Assembly: GCF_018977255.1 (NCBI RefSeq)
Contig: NW_024704743.1
Location: 90,212,001-90,276,000, forward strand
Direction of reading: 5' to 3'
DNA: 64,000 bases
From: Callorhinchus milii
Lineage: Eukaryota
Below are positions 62,966 through 64,000 of this stretch, one piece after another. The number at the start of each line of letters is the position of its first letter. Position 1 is the first letter of the stretch. A program made the position numbers and the translations under genes. The notes beneath the pieces are model-generated. The model saw only the letters and a program-made list of their open reading frames with translations. It had not been told where the DNA came from and made no database searches.

Positions 62966-64000
62966 CAAGAGATCAAAACCCACTTCAACAATGTGGCACT
63001 ATCTGACGTTGCGACACACAGAAAAACCAAAGGGGCAGCAAGTTCTTGAAGAAAATGTTCACCTTGGTGTAGGCACTGGCAAATACCATTCAAGTAAAAA
63101 CCTAATTTTCTCCATGGAAACACTATCATTATTTATACATCATTCAGATTTGTGAAATTTCAGCTCCAATTTGATCTCCAGTTGGATCCAAGATCTCACC
63201 ACTCTGCATGCCATCCAGGTGTTTCCATGGAGGATGAATAGTTTATGTTGGAGGTGCTTTCTTTTGCTTTGTAGTGATCTCAAGACATTTGATATTTTCA
63301 AACAATTTATAAGCGACACTGGCCCGTTAGGACACCTTGTGTTTTCAAACCGCACCCCTCTTTCTGCGATATCTACAGAAACGTGCCACACTCTGGACAG
63401 GAGTTGTGAGTTAAACTTGAGAAAGTGAACAGAACCAACAAACATTTCTTATTTGATAGCTTCCTCAGAAACAAATAAAAAATAATGAATCCTGCGGCAT
63501 TTTTGATTCTGGTGCTGAAATACTTCTGGTACTCTCAAGTAGGTGGGATAATGATTTCACAGAATTCAAATTTCCTTTCTGCAATTAATAGGGTATCAAT
63601 GTCTAACGCATTTTTACCACGCAAGAATTACAATTACTAGAATTTGCATAATAATGCACTACGATTGATATCCTAAGTGAGAGTCTTGTGAGCCCCAGCT
63701 GTGGTACCTCTGTTGAACTTGTCATCCAACATTCACTATCAAGGCTCGTAAATGTAGAGCTAATACAGGGTTGTAGTTTGCAAGGCTGCCAATACAAAAG
63801 GAAATGCATCACCCAGCATGAGTCACCACCTGTAAGAGTGCAGGGGAAAAAATTACTCATTTATTTAGAGAGATCAATTTCAATTAATTTCATGTTCAGC
63901 GTAAGAGGAAAGCCATTTGCTTGTGAAATGGTAAGCAAGAGGAAAAGAGCCATGGAAAATAACATATAAGGGTGGCACACTCAATGGAGGGCTGTATTCT

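Larger units (their letters stand above)
1..64000 (-). other. RIMS2: Window lies within large 5' introns of a RIMS2 gene; neither exon 1 nor the following VMWVCNLC exon was found in the window
   Basis: Internal exon at 27268-27478 has splice sites at both ends; no flanking constitutive RIM exons or other intact genes recognised. Confidence 0.75.

Noticed and set aside
63140..63445. 101-aa minus-strand ORF as a RIMS2 exon
   Set aside because: No similarity to RIM proteins; the candidate acceptor gives a stop in the required phase.
27500..64000. Known mammalian RIM2 alternative exon(s) encoding ..QWFPFSGITELVNN.. and exon 1
   Set aside because: Searched by eye on the minus strand and not found; may be outside the window, absent or missed.
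1..64000. CRISPR arrays, operons, rRNA genes
   Set aside because: Eukaryotic intron; repeated sequences are dispersed retroposons and microsatellites, not regularly spaced repeats.

Overview
Eukaryotic (vertebrate) intronic DNA, most likely a cartilaginous fish and plausibly a holocephalan, judged from the repeat repertoire only. The whole window appears to lie inside a RIMS2 (RIM2, presynaptic active-zone scaffold) gene on the minus strand. The one unambiguous coding exon is the 211-nt zinc-finger exon (27268-27478). Reading outside the ORF track I also found a 12-nt neural-type microexon encoding EDKV (18663-18674) and a candidate alternative first exon (ATG at 40836, donor after 40808) that would splice in frame to give MHPCVCNYDW-KLHQQFEMY..., i.e. 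a RIM1beta-like RIM2 isoform lacking most of the N-terminal Rab3-binding helix. On the plus strand there is a decayed processed pseudogene of an INK4 CDK inhibitor (CDKN2D-like, 32157-32535) whose 3' UTR runs straight into an L2 LINE tail. The rest is retroposon-rich: tRNA-Ala-derived SINEs, Deu-type SINEs, a third older SINE family, L2 and CR1 fragments (one with RT motifs), and a poly(A)-tailed non-LTR element with a CCHC zinc knuckle. Almost all ORFs in the supplied track are repeat-derived or chance. Repeat boundaries are read by eye and approximate; family names are by recalled similarity, not by database search.
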